Assembly: GCA_965216785.1 (NCBI GenBank)
Contig: OZ244197.1
Location: 506,041 to 570,040, forward strand
Source of the DNA: Thermodesulfobacteriota bacterium
GTDB taxonomy: Bacteria > Desulfobacterota_D > UBA1144 > Nemesobacterales > UBA2774
Direction of reading: 5' to 3'
Length of the DNA: 64,000 nt
The position numbers and the translations under genes were made by a program. The notes beneath the pieces were generated by a model. It was given only the letters and a program-made list of their open reading frames with translations, made no database searches and had not been told where the DNA came from. Positions 20,216-29,780 of the stretch are shown here, piece by piece (positions within the stretch are counted from its first letter, which is position 1; each line of letters begins with the position of its first letter).

Positions 20216-22137
20216 ATTTTCGGCTGCAGCTCAATCGAACAAACCATTCCCTCTTGAATGAAATCACCTGGTGAAGGGTCCTGGTCCGTTACATAGCCGC
20301 TCCCCTTTACTTCTACTTTCACACCTTCCGCCTCTGACCACTTAAGAATATCTCTCACACTCATACCGCTTAAGTCGGGCATGATTTTCGTACCCGCGTA
20401 TACTTTATCGGGTGAGACGCCCATATGGAATAATACTTTTTCCGCTATCTCCCTAAATATAGGTGCTGCGACCGATCCCCCGTGCGTCTTGTTCCTGGGG
20501 GCTTCAACAACAACCGCCATAGCTAGCTTGGGGTCGTCCGTGGGTGCTATTCCGATAAAAGATGCTATATAGCGGTCTTTGTAGTAACCGCCGTTTCTGG
20601 GATCGGGTATCTGAGCAGTACCTGTTTTACCGCCGACTGAAAATCCACTAATCTGGGCTCTTTTACCTGTCCCCTCTTCCACAACCTTCTCCATTATTAA
20701 TTTCATTTGATAAGTCGTATCGTAGGACAATACCCGCGCATGCACCTCGGGCTTTCTTTCTCTAATAATAGTTCCGTCAGAGCTCATAATTTTTTTGATA
20801 ATATAAGGCTCCATCAGATATCCGCCGTTCGCGATCGCCGAGAGCGCCGTGACGAGCTGTAAAGAAGTTACAGATATACCCTGACCAAATGAGATTGTGG
20901 CAAGCTCTATTTTCCCCCACTTCTTAGGGGCCAAGACTTTTCCACCGGACTCACCGGGGAGATCTATTCCGGTTTTATCACCGAAGCCGAACTTCTTTAG
21001 ATAGCTGTGGTATTTATCTCTCCCGAGGAGCTCTCCGATCTTAGATGCCCCAATATTACTGGAGACCCTAACTACGTCTGCGAACGTTATAGTCCCGTAG
21101 GGTTTTACATCTTTTATTACTTTCGCCCCTACCTTTCTTCTACCCATTTCACAGTCAAACAAAGAGTCGGGATTAGCCTTATTCTCCTCTAGCGCCGAAG
21201 CCGCCAGGAAGAGCTTCATAGTGGAGCCGGGCTCATACGTATACCAGATCGGCAGGTTTCTCCTGTTTGCCTCTGGGTATGTACCGTAGCTGTTGGGATC
21301 TATAAAGGGGTAAGAGGCCATAGCCAATACTTCTCCTGTCTCAGGATTCATTAGAATCGCCATACCCTTCTCGGCATTCATGGCTTCGATTCCCTCTTTA
21401 AGCTCCCTTTCCACAATGTGCTGGATCTGCGAGTCTATAGTCAGCACTATATCGTGTCCAGCGGTGTTCTCTTCATCAAAATCCTGTACAATGTCAGGAT
21501 TTTGAATGATTTTACGTCCGAAGGCGTCTCTTTTTAATATAATATTTCTGGGCGTGCCGATAAGAAGGTCATCGAATCGGTACTCTATCCCCTCGATTCC
21601 GTTCGAGTCAATATTTGTGAATCCCAGGACTTGTCCCAAAAGATGACCGTTCGGATAAATTCTCTTTGGCTCCTCGATAAAACCTACGCCCTCTAGATCC
21701 AACTCTTCGAGCGTCTCTGTTACATCAGGGTCGACTAGTCTCTTTAGCCAGACAAAGGACCTTTTTGACGATGCTCTCGAGAGCACGGTTTTCTGAGATA
21801 CATCAATATATTTTGATATTGTTTTTGATATGTCGACAGGGTTTGCTATATCTTTTGGGTTAACATATACAGATTTAACGTCCACATTTACGGCAAGCTC
21901 TTTTAAGTTTCGATCAAGAATCTTTCCCCTTCGGGGCAGGAGCTTTGAGCTTCCGTGGTGTTGCTTTTTCGCTATTTTAAATGCACGCGCTCTGTCCAGC
22001 ACCTGCAGCTCAAGCGCCTTGAACGATATAGAAGCAAAGAGCACAAGCAAGAGAAAGCCTACGATGGATACCCTCCATCTGGGCCTGTTCAGGTCTCTAC
22101 CGAGTGATATTCTTTTGGAATTTTTTTTCTTTTTCAT
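20212..22137 (-). CDS. ftsI: Peptidoglycan D,D-transpeptidase FtsI (PBP3-type class B penicillin-binding protein)
   Basis: N-terminal TM, PBP dimerisation domain, transpeptidase motifs STMK, SSN and KTGT. Confidence 0.93.
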   Translation of the reverse strand: MKKKKNSKRISLGRDLNRPRWRVSIVGFLLLVLFASISFKALELQVLDRARAFKIAKKQHHGSSKLLPRRGKILDRNLKELAVNVDVKSVYVNPKDIANPVDISKTISKYIDVSQKTVLSRASSKRSFVWLKRLVDPDVTETLEELDLEGVGFIEEPKRIYPNGHLLGQVLGFTNIDSNGIEGIEYRFDDLLIGTPRNIILKRDAFGRKIIQNPDIVQDFDEENTAGHDIVLTIDSQIQHIVERELKEGIEAMNAEKGMAILMNPETGEVLAMASYPFIDPNSYGTYPEANRRNLPIWYTYEPGSTMKLFLAASALEENKANPDSLFDCEMGRRKVGAKVIKDVKPYGTITFADVVRVSSNIGASKIGELLGRDKYHSYLKKFGFGDKTGIDLPGESGGKVLAPKKWGKIELATISFGQGISVTSLQLVTALSAIANGGYLMEPYIIKKIMSSDGTIIRERKPEVHARVLSYDTTYQMKLIMEKVVEEGTGKRAQISGFSVGGKTGTAQIPDPRNGGYYKDRYIASFIGIAPTDDPKLAMAVVVEAPRNKTHGGSVAAPIFREIAEKVLFHMGVSPDKVYAGTKIMPDLSGMSVRDILKWSEAEGVKVEVKGSGYVTDQDPSPGDFIQEGMVCSIELQPKI

Positions 22138-22475
22138 TCCATCTTATCACTAAGAATGTGTTTTTGCTCAATATATACAATGTCTTGCTGAGTAGGAAAC
22201 TTGAACCCCAACTCCATTGCCGTACCCTCAAGGCTATCGGCGGATATAGCTCTCATAAATTCCGACTTAAGCGTCTTATTCTCTTTTAGCAGCTCCTTGG
22301 CCTCTTTTTTGTTCCAGGAGATCTCATATCCTAGCCTTATGCCTTCAGCTTTAATCCTGAGATATCCAAGCGCCAATACTACTGAGAGCACAACTAGGAG
22401 CAGTAAGCCGCCAGATACCGCTTTCTTCGCTTTTTTTATTTTCTGTCTCGCACCTAAAGTGCCTGACTTAGCCAT
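22134..22475 (-). CDS. ftsL: Cell division protein FtsL-like (small bitopic coiled-coil protein)
   Basis: 113 aa, basic N-terminus, a single TM helix, then a coiled-coil. Canonical position between rsmH and ftsI. Confidence 0.7.
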   Translation of the reverse strand: MAKSGTLGARQKIKKAKKAVSGGLLLLVVLSVVLALGYLRIKAEGIRLGYEISWNKKEAKELLKENKTLKSEFMRAISADSLEGTAMELGFKFPTQQDIVYIEQKHILSDKME

Positions 22476-22477
22476 CT

Positions 22478-23437
22478 TTATATCCTCTCTCCTACTCTGA
22501 GCTTCGCGCTTCTCGCCCTCGGGTTATCCAGAATTTCGTCCTGCCCGGGCACTATGGGAGAGCGGGTGAGGATCTTTAATTCTCGTTCTTTTCCACAGCC
22601 GCATTCAGGCATTTCGGGAGGGCATACACATGGGTTAGATAAACGCTGAAATGCGCTCTTAACAAGCCTATCTTCAAGTGAATGAAAAGAAATTACAACG
22701 AGCCTCCCACCTGGTTTTAGCAACGAAATAGCTTTATCTAAAAACTCTTTTATATTGTCCAGCTCATTATTCACTGCGATCCTAAGCGCCTGAAATGTCT
22801 TGGTAGCAGGATGAATTCTAGCAGGATGAAACTTTTTCGGAATTGCCCCTGAAACTACTTTGGCAAGCTCTGCCGAGGTTTCGATAGGTTTCAGGTTCCT
22901 TGCCTCAACTATATGTTTGGCGATTTTCTTAGCCCACTTTTCCTCGCCGTATATCTTCAGGACTTTAGATATCTCATCAACACTCATCTCGTTCACCAGA
23001 TCATGCGCGGTAAAACGAAGCCTGGGATCCATTCTCATATCCAGCACTTCGTCTCTCATGAAGCTAAATCCCCGCTCGCTCGACTCAATCTGAAGAGAAG
23101 ACATCCCCAGATCCGCGACTATGCCGTCCACAAGATCTATGTCCAGGTCTTCCAGCACACTGTCTATTTCTGAAAAATTGCTGTTTCTCAGTACAATCTG
23201 GCTCTTATACTTTGAAAGTAGATCGGCCGAAATAGATATTGCTTCCTCATCCACATCAAGACCGATAACTCTGCATTTATATTCTGTATGTTCTAGTATT
23301 GCCTGCGTGTGACCGCCAAGACCGAGCGTGGCATCAACGTATATTCCCTCTCTATCGGTCACCAAGTAATCCGTAACCTCTTTTGTCATAACCGATTTAT
23401 GCATCGGCTTAGTCATGTCTAGTAGTGGGCTTTCCAT
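22478..23437 (-). CDS. rsmH: 16S rRNA (cytosine1402-N4)-methyltransferase RsmH/MraW; the track ORF extends to 23491
   Basis: SAM-MTase with HKSVMTKEV...GIYVDATLGLGGHTQAIL N-terminus. The longest ORF would overlap mraZ by 50 nt. An internal ATG near 23437 fits the RsmH N-terminus. Confidence 0.9.
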   Translation of the reverse strand: MESPLLDMTKPMHKSVMTKEVTDYLVTDREGIYVDATLGLGGHTQAILEHTEYKCRVIGLDVDEEAISISADLLSKYKSQIVLRNSNFSEIDSVLEDLDIDLVDGIVADLGMSSLQIESSERGFSFMRDEVLDMRMDPRLRFTAHDLVNEMSVDEISKVLKIYGEEKWAKKIAKHIVEARNLKPIETSAELAKVVSGAIPKKFHPARIHPATKTFQALRIAVNNELDNIKEFLDKAISLLKPGGRLVVISFHSLEDRLVKSAFQRLSNPCVCPPEMPECGCGKERELKILTRSPIVPGQDEILDNPRARSAKLRVGERI

Positions 23438-23441
23438 AGTT

Positions 23442-23888
23442 TTAGAGTCCTTGTCCGGCAAGTGTTTCTCTACTCTTTTTAAATTCTTCATAGGCGCGCT
23501 CTGACTGCTCGACTTCCCAAACTTCCTTAGACCATATCTCTATTCTGGTAAGCATACCTACCATTACAACATCTTTATTTATATGCGCATGGTTTCTGAG
23601 CGGTTGCGGTATGAGCACCCTCCCCTGACCGTCGAGCGGGCAGTCGACCGCCCCGCCCATAAGGTAGCGGAGAAATGATATAACCTCTTGTTTGAACTGA
23701 GGGAGCTCAGACACTTTACGCTCAATCTCGTTCCATTCCTTTAGAGGATACGCGACAAGGCATTTATCGAAGTTCGTTATTACAAAGGTCTCATCCCCGT
23801 ATTTTTCCTTACAGACTTCCCGGAATTTTGCGGGCATGCTCACTCTGCCTTTATCAGTCATTGTGTGCTCGTAACGTCCTCTGAACAT
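23442..23888 (-). CDS. mraZ: Transcriptional regulator MraZ
   Basis: MFRGRYEHTMTDKGRVSMPAKFRE and a second DxxGR repeat (PLDGQGRVLIP). First gene of the dcw cluster. Confidence 0.93.
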   Translation of the reverse strand: MFRGRYEHTMTDKGRVSMPAKFREVCKEKYGDETFVITNFDKCLVAYPLKEWNEIERKVSELPQFKQEVISFLRYLMGGAVDCPLDGQGRVLIPQPLRNHAHINKDVVMVGMLTRIEIWSKEVWEVEQSERAYEEFKKSRETLAGQGL

Positions 23889-23902
23889 TATAGTACCATC
23901 TT

Positions 23903-23930
23903 ATGCCACTTTATACCACTCTGAACCACT
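23903..23930 (-). promoter_or_regulatory. Three GTGG direct repeats at exact 10-bp spacing immediately upstream of the mraZ start codon; putative MraZ operator
   Basis: CCAC on the plus strand at 23906, 23916 and 23926 (GTGG on the coding strand). A near-identical 17-mer (atgccactttataccac vs atgccattttataccac) recurs at 24152-24168, next to a TATAAT on the minus strand. Confidence 0.45.
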
Positions 23931-24305
23931 ATATAATTTTGTATTAAGTTTGTCAAGTAAGGTTTTGTAATTTATCAATTTTTTCGAAATTACCGATAGG
24001 CAGATTTAAAACTATTTTTCTACTCGTTTTTACTTTATTATTATAAACAGAATCAGATAGAACGTGAAGGCCAATACTTCAACTATGCCTCGCAACTACC
24101 CTATATTCATAGATATTTAATTTTAGCAAAAATCCGCTATAAAATTATACCATGCCATTTTATACCACCACAAGTTTTCAATTAGAGCAAGTATCCGGGA
24201 TTTTTCAGTGTTTTTAAGATATAGTAGAATCGGAAAATTGGATAAATTGATATATAATTCCCGTACTTTGTATCTTGGTGAAAATATATTTCTGGATTAA
24301 CTTCT

Positions 24306-24527
24306 ATGCCGGTTATTCGTATAAAATTAAGAGATAACAGCGAGGCCGTGTATTTCCAATCCATCATGGGAACCTACTCACACCTTGCATGGGTAAGAAC
24401 GGACGACCCCAGCTCCGGAGTCATCAATATTATAACAACCCCGGACAGGGAAGATGAAGCAAGGACGCTTTTACATGAGCTAAAGAGTGAGCTGGATTTT
24501 GAAGAGGTTGAACAAAGCGGTGAATAA
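24306..24527 (+). CDS. Small acidic hypothetical protein (73 aa), possibly co-transcribed with murJ
   Basis: ORF ends 21 nt upstream of murJ. No recognisable domain, no clear SD sequence. Confidence 0.3.
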   Translation: MPVIRIKLRDNSEAVYFQSIMGTYSHLAWVRTDDPSSGVINIITTPDREDEARTLLHELKSELDFEEVEQSGE

Positions 24528-24548
24528 TAGTAATCATACAAGAAACAG

Positions 24549-26123
24549 ATGAAACAACACGAAGAAATAACCCGTTCCGCAGGTCTTGTCGGCTCGCTCA
24601 CTCTGCTTAGCAGAATAGCCGGATACGCCCGGGATATGGTCATAGCCTATTTCTTCGGCGCGTCCGCCTCAACAGACGCCTTCTGGGTAGCGTTTAGAAT
24701 CCCGAACCTCCTGAGGAGGCTCTTTGCCGAAGGCTCGCTCACTATCTCTTTCATCCCGGTCTTTACCGATTACATTGAGAAAGGAGATAAAAAAGAGGCT
24801 AAGAAGGTTGAGGACGCGGTATTTACAATACTCCTTTGCCTCCTAATAATCATATCCGCCCTGGGAGTAATTCTTTCTCCTTACATAATAAAAATATTCG
24901 CAGCGGGCTTTGACGCACAAACATTTAACCTGGCGGTAACTCTTAACCGCTACATGTTCCCCTATATACTGTTCATTTCGCTTACCGCTCTGTCCATGGG
25001 CGTATTGAATTCGCTAAGGCATTTCTTCGCCCCGGCTATCTCTCCAGCCGTTTCGAATATCTGCATTATAGCAGCGATATTTTTAATACACAGAAGCCTA
25101 AACGTCCCCATTTATTCAGCCGCGGCGGGAGTAATGCTGGGCGGTGTTCTTCAACTCGTGATTCAGATCCCGTTTTTAAAATCCCGCGGTTTTCTATTCG
25201 GATTTAGTAAGAGCTGGGGACACCCGGCGGTCAAGCGTATTGCATTATTAATAGTCCCGCAGCTCTTCGGTGTTGCCGTTTACCAGCTAAATATAATAGT
25301 CAACACTCAATACGCCTCGTTTATGCCTCAGGGGAGCATCTCCTACCTCTACTTTGCCGAGCGGCTCATAGAGTTTCCGCTCGGGATAATCGCCGTATCG
25401 ATCGCGACTGTGCTCCTTCCCAGCCTCTCATCGCACGTTTCAAAGGGGGAATTCGGGAAATTCAGAGAAACCTACTCCTACACACTCAGGCTCATGCTAT
25501 TCATTCTGATTCCGGCGCTGGTCGGCCTTATAGTGCTCAGGGTTCCCATCTGCAACCTCCTGTACCAAAGGGGCGAGTTTAGCTACGCAGCAGCCCTCTT
25601 CACCTCTCAAGCGCTATTCGGCTACGCGATCGGGCTATGGGCTGTAGGTGGCATAAGGATTACGGCTCCTGCTTTCTACGCCATGAAGGACACTAAGACA
25701 CCTGTCATAATTGCTTTTGTTGCGTTCATTGCAAATGCGGTACTTGGTTATGTACTCGGATTTACTTTCGGCCTTCTTCACACCGGGCTTGCTATTTCAA
25801 GCTCTGTCTCTTCTATAATTAATTTCCTGCTGCTTTTTTATCTTGTAGAAAAAAGGGTTGGTGACATAAAGGTGAGATCCATACTTGCTCTGTCTTTAAA
25901 GCTGATAGCGATATCCCTCGTTATGGGTTTTGCGGCGTGGAAATTCTCAGGGCTTGCAGATTGGAGCGAAGCCCAATTTTCATGGCAGAAAATCGGGGTA
26001 TTAGCAGGCTCAATTGTCATTTCCGCGGTGGTTTACTTCGCACTCGCCAAACTGCTGAGAGTAAAAGAGTCGGATTTCCTGTTCGCTATGATCCGCGGCA
26101 AATTCTCAAGTGCGAAGGGATGA
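24549..26123 (+). CDS. murJ: Lipid II flippase MurJ (MviN)
   Basis: 14-TM MOP-superfamily protein with LLSRIAGYARDMVIAYFFGAS...FWVAFRIPNLLRRLFAEG N-terminus. Confidence 0.93.
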   Translation: MKQHEEITRSAGLVGSLTLLSRIAGYARDMVIAYFFGASASTDAFWVAFRIPNLLRRLFAEGSLTISFIPVFTDYIEKGDKKEAKKVEDAVFTILLCLLIIISALGVILSPYIIKIFAAGFDAQTFNLAVTLNRYMFPYILFISLTALSMGVLNSLRHFFAPAISPAVSNICIIAAIFLIHRSLNVPIYSAAAGVMLGGVLQLVIQIPFLKSRGFLFGFSKSWGHPAVKRIALLIVPQLFGVAVYQLNIIVNTQYASFMPQGSISYLYFAERLIEFPLGIIAVSIATVLLPSLSSHVSKGEFGKFRETYSYTLRLMLFILIPALVGLIVLRVPICNLLYQRGEFSYAAALFTSQALFGYAIGLWAVGGIRITAPAFYAMKDTKTPVIIAFVAFIANAVLGYVLGFTFGLLHTGLAISSSVSSIINFLLLFYLVEKRVGDIKVRSILALSLKLIAISLVMGFAAWKFSGLADWSEAQFSWQKIGVLAGSIVISAVVYFALAKLLRVKESDFLFAMIRGKFSSAKG

Positions 26124-26214
26124 TTTTGATTCGCACAAATTGCGAGGCATATAAAAATGGGCTGACAGTGATATTAAATCACCCCCAGCCCCGCTATTTC
26201 ATCTTTAAAGTTAA

Positions 26215-28140
26215 CTACCGATTGGCGCAGAAGCCGAAATTCTGCGTGCCTCCCGGCTGAACAGTATTGTTCCAGGACACACCTTCGGCTGTAACGATAC
26301 CGCCGCTCTGTGTATATGTCGCGTTCCACATATTCCTTACAGTCCCGTCAATCGAAAACGATACTATCCAGTCTTGAGGTGAAGAGCCCGAATTAGACAC
26401 CGTTACCTGAGCGCAGTAACCCGATCCCCAGTCGTCATTGATGGCAACGGTTGCGGTAACATCCCCTCCGCCGGGAGGCGCATTAAACTCGTCGTCATCA
26501 TTTGCGCTGCCGCACCCCGGGTCCGCGGGATAGTCCGTAAGACCGTCACTGTCGTTGTCTATACCGTCAGAGCATGCGAACACAGGCGGGGGCGGTGTCG
26601 GCGCAGGAGTCGGAACAGGAGTAGGCTCCGGAGGTGCAGCGCGGTCCGCACAGAAGCCGAAATCCACCGAATTCCCCGGCGCTACCGTATTATTCCAGGA
26701 CACTCCCTCTACCGTAACTTCATCCCCAGACTGTGAATACTCGGCATTCCACATATCCTTGACCGTTCCCTCAATACTAAAGCTAACCACCCAATCCTCT
26801 GTGCTGCTGCCGTTATTCGTAACCACTACCTGGGCGCAGTAACCCGATCCCCAGTCGTCGTTGATGGAGACAGAGGCTGTGACATCCCCTCCGCCGGGAG
26901 GCGCGTTAAACTCGTCATTGTCTGTTGCGGAGCTGCATCCCGGGTCGTCCGGATAATCTGTCAGACCGTCGCTGTCATTGTCGATGCCGTCAGAGCATGC
27001 GGCTACAGGAGGAGGCGGTGTAGGGGTGGGAGGAGGCACATTGCCGTCCATCAGCTGGCTCAGCAGCGCCACTTTATCGTCCCAAACACTCTGCCAATCG
27101 TCCTGTAGTATCCCGCCCGTGTCCCCGCTGTTCGGGTTCCACGACCAGTAAAAGAAGTTAGTCATCCCCTTCCCATCCATCCAGTTTATCAGGGCGTCCT
27201 GCCAAGTCTTGTCTCTTGGGTCACCGCCGTTTCCGTACCTGCCGCCGAACTCACCGATGATGACCGCATAGCCCCTATCCACAAGATAGCCGAAATGCGT
27301 TTCCCAGATTGCGGGCATATTTCCCGGAAATCCGGAGTCGTTGAAGTAGGGCTGAACAAAAACGTCCGGTCCGTAAACGTGCGGGCTTAGTACGAGCTTA
27401 TCCTCGGGAATATTGAGCGGAAAGCAAGAGAATGGTTCCAGATTTCCGCCCCACCAGTGCTGAATGGAGCCCGAGCACGTAGGGTTTTCCTGAACCCCCT
27501 GGACGAAGATCAAGATATTAGAGTTAACCGCGAGAACCTCAGAAGCCGCAAGCTCGGCTGCCCGTTTCCAGTCGGTTGCCGCATCTCCGGTGCCCCAGGT
27601 CGCGGGGCCGTGAGGCTCGTTTTTTATATCTATGGCAAAGAAACTCTCTATATTGCTATATCTGTCCGCCAAGAATGTCAGGTCGTCTATCCAGTCCTGC
27701 TCGGAATAGCTCCCCGTGTACCATAACTCTTCGATAGTCTGACAGTCCGAAGTATGGTGATCGAGGAGTATGTAAAACCCTTGCCTGTCGAGCTCCTCTA
27801 CCACCTTGTCCATGATATCCAGAGACCCGAGTCCCTGAAGATCGGAGTTTGCCGAATAGTTTATGCTCGACGGTGTTACGTTGTCCAGAGTTCTGGGACA
27901 GAAAGGAAGTCTTATCGCCGTAAAGCCGAGCCCCTTAATCTGCTGAATCATATCCTTCCAGTTCCGGGCCCACAAACCGTGTACTACGTTATTATTGGTC
28001 TCAAAACCAAACCAGCTCACGCCGTACAGGTTTACTTCCTGAGCCTGCTCGTTAAATACCTTGCCGTCCTCGACGTAATAAGCCCGGACTGGCAACGTTA
28101 TACAAACCAATACAAAAAACGCTGTAAGTACTAAGCGCAT
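26215..28140 (-). CDS. Secreted glycoside hydrolase family 5 endoglucanase with two C-terminal CBM2 carbohydrate-binding modules
   Basis: Signal peptide MRLVLTAFFVLVCITLPVRA. GH5 catalytic motifs NEP (acid/base) and IGEFG (nucleophile). Two Pro/Thr-rich linkers each followed by a CBM2-like module (W..GY.AQV.V.N.G....W.V.F...G......WNA.Y.QSG....GVSWN....PG....FGFC). Confidence 0.88.
   Translation of the reverse strand: MRLVLTAFFVLVCITLPVRAYYVEDGKVFNEQAQEVNLYGVSWFGFETNNNVVHGLWARNWKDMIQQIKGLGFTAIRLPFCPRTLDNVTPSSINYSANSDLQGLGSLDIMDKVVEELDRQGFYILLDHHTSDCQTIEELWYTGSYSEQDWIDDLTFLADRYSNIESFFAIDIKNEPHGPATWGTGDAATDWKRAAELAASEVLAVNSNILIFVQGVQENPTCSGSIQHWWGGNLEPFSCFPLNIPEDKLVLSPHVYGPDVFVQPYFNDSGFPGNMPAIWETHFGYLVDRGYAVIIGEFGGRYGNGGDPRDKTWQDALINWMDGKGMTNFFYWSWNPNSGDTGGILQDDWQSVWDDKVALLSQLMDGNVPPPTPTPPPPVAACSDGIDNDSDGLTDYPDDPGCSSATDNDEFNAPPGGGDVTASVSINDDWGSGYCAQVVVTNNGSSTEDWVVSFSIEGTVKDMWNAEYSQSGDEVTVEGVSWNNTVAPGNSVDFGFCADRAAPPEPTPVPTPAPTPPPPVFACSDGIDNDSDGLTDYPADPGCGSANDDDEFNAPPGGGDVTATVAINDDWGSGYCAQVTVSNSGSSPQDWIVSFSIDGTVRNMWNATYTQSGGIVTAEGVSWNNTVQPGGTQNFGFCANR
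26218..27000. repeat. About 420-bp tandem direct repeat (about 80% nt identity) encoding the duplicated linker + Ca-loop + CBM2 module of the GH5 gene
   Basis: Long shared nucleotide strings are visible directly, e.g. gcgcagtaacccgatccccagtcgtc...cccctccgccgggaggcgc and gaccgtc(a/g)ctgtc(g/a)ttgtc(t/g)ataccgtcagagcatgcg. Confidence 0.8.
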
Positions 28141-28506
28141 ATGTTATCCCCCTTGCTAAGGATTTATTTGACCTCTTTAGAACCCATGTTTAATAACTAT
28201 AGCCGCGGTTTCCCGGACCGCGTCGAGAAGCAGAAAGCATTTGTTATCCGACACGTGTTCCCATAGGTCAGCTCTATAGATGGGCAATTTGAATGCCATA
28301 AAGCCGGAGTTTATAAAATCAAGTGATTTCAGACGCATAGGCAAATGATTGGTTAGAGAAATAATATATATCGAGATAATATGTGTAATAAAGCACACTC
28401 AGGTTGTGTCTATTAATACAAGAGAGCATATTGCCAATATTAATAATAGTGATTCTGTTGAAGGAGATTCTTGACTCTTTATCGGGTTATAAAGTAATAT
28501 CAGATT

Positions 28507-29217
28507 ATGAACGAGGCTTACGGCTCAGATGCAGATTCAATGAATTCAGACTCTCCTAATACCTTAAAAAAATATGAAGAAATACTGGAGCAAGACCCTT
28601 CCTCGTCCATTTTTGTGTTTCTTGCCCAGATTCTATATAAAGAAAATAAGCTCGAGCGGGCAATCGGTGTATTAATCAAGGGACTCAGATATAATAAAAA
28701 TAATATCACAGGCCGGTTTCTGCTCGGCAAAATCTACTATGAGCGCTGGATGATAGAGCCCGCCAAAAAAGAGCTGGAGTCAGTATTCGGGCTCGCGCCG
28801 GACAACCTGGCGGCCGGAAAAATGCTGGTACAGATTTATAAGAGTGAGGAGAATTTTGAGAAGGCGCTTGAAGTTTTAAGGTTCGTTTATGAATTTCATC
28901 CCTCAGATACTTCAATACGCTCTGAGATAGAGGAGATCATAGAGGAATTGGGCTCTCAGCTGCCGGCCTCATGGCAGAACTTTTCAGCTCCTTCAGGGAG
29001 TACAAAGCACGAGACAGCCCGCTCAGACGGTGACGCTAAAGATACCGAGCTCCTGACTGAAACTATGGCCGATATATATATAAAGCAGGGAGACTATGAT
29101 AAAGGTTTATCCGTGTTTCAAAAAATTTTAGAAAACGACCCGGAAAACAGTTCAGTAAGAAAAAAACTTGAGGAACACAGGATTAAGGTAATAAATAAAA
29201 TTGCGGGATTAGGTTAA
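28507..29217 (+). CDS. Tetratricopeptide-repeat (TPR) protein
   Basis: Several TPR-like helical repeats ([19 protein letters not shown]..., [18 protein letters not shown]..., [27 protein letters not shown]). Confidence 0.7.
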   Translation: MNEAYGSDADSMNSDSPNTLKKYEEILEQDPSSSIFVFLAQILYKENKLERAIGVLIKGLRYNKNNITGRFLLGKIYYERWMIEPAKKELESVFGLAPDNLAAGKMLVQIYKSEENFEKALEVLRFVYEFHPSDTSIRSEIEEIIEELGSQLPASWQNFSAPSGSTKHETARSDGDAKDTELLTETMADIYIKQGDYDKGLSVFQKILENDPENSSVRKKLEEHRIKVINKIAGLG

Positions 29218-29236
29218 GAGGAGCGATAGAAAGAAA

Positions 29237-29671
29237 ATGAAAATACTAATAATTCACGGACCGAATTTGAATATGCTCGGAAAGCGCGAGCCTGAGATTT
29301 ACGGCGCTGATACTCTTAAAGACGTAAATTCGCAGATAGAGGCCTTAGCTAAGGAGCTCGGAGTTGAGGTCGGGTTTTTCCAATCAAACTCAGAAGGCGA
29401 GATAGTAAGCAGGATTCAGGACGCAGCCGCAGAGTATAAAGGGATAGTAATGAACCCGGGAGCATACACTCACACGAGCATTGCCATACGAGACGCGATC
29501 CTTTCATCAGGGCTTTTGGTGGTCGAGGTACATATTTCAAACGTGCATAAACGTGAGGAATTCAGACACAAGTCCTATGTATCCGGAGTTGCCCTGGGTG
29601 TCGTATCGGGTTTTGGAATTGACAGCTATTTCCTGGGGCTAAGAGGACTTGTTAATCACCTTTCAGATTAA
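29237..29671 (+). CDS. aroQ: 3-dehydroquinate dehydratase, type II
   Basis: [23 protein letters not shown]...[15 protein letters not shown], typical of type II DHQase. 144 aa. Confidence 0.92.
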   Translation: MKILIIHGPNLNMLGKREPEIYGADTLKDVNSQIEALAKELGVEVGFFQSNSEGEIVSRIQDAAAEYKGIVMNPGAYTHTSIAIRDAILSSGLLVVEVHISNVHKREEFRHKSYVSGVALGVVSGFGIDSYFLGLRGLVNHLSD

Positions 29672-29780
29672 CCCCGCTTACAGTAAATTCGCGCAACAAA
29701 GATTCCGTCTTTTTTACTGGCGAGTTAACGGCTATATTTACCTTTTTATATTACAATTCAGTACCGCCTATAAGTAGCCG

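Noticed and set aside
7579-22500. Numerous 60-170-aa plus-strand ORFs in the track lying antisense to the dcw genes (e.g. 7579-7941, 8950-9261, 9295-9687, 10705-11109, 14612-15109, 15716-16231, 18354-18728, 19182-19571)
   Set aside because: All are fully contained within well-supported minus-strand genes of conserved function. Their translations are low-complexity Ser/Thr/Pro-rich antisense artefacts.
26124-26214. Possible terminator between convergent murJ and GH5 gene
   Set aside because: Only a weak 5-bp stem (TCGCAcaaatTGCGA) without a convincing U-tract. Not reported as a feature.
28177-28398. 73-aa minus-strand ORF in the GH5 upstream region
   Set aside because: AT-rich promoter-like region, no RBS, no similarity. 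Likely non-coding.
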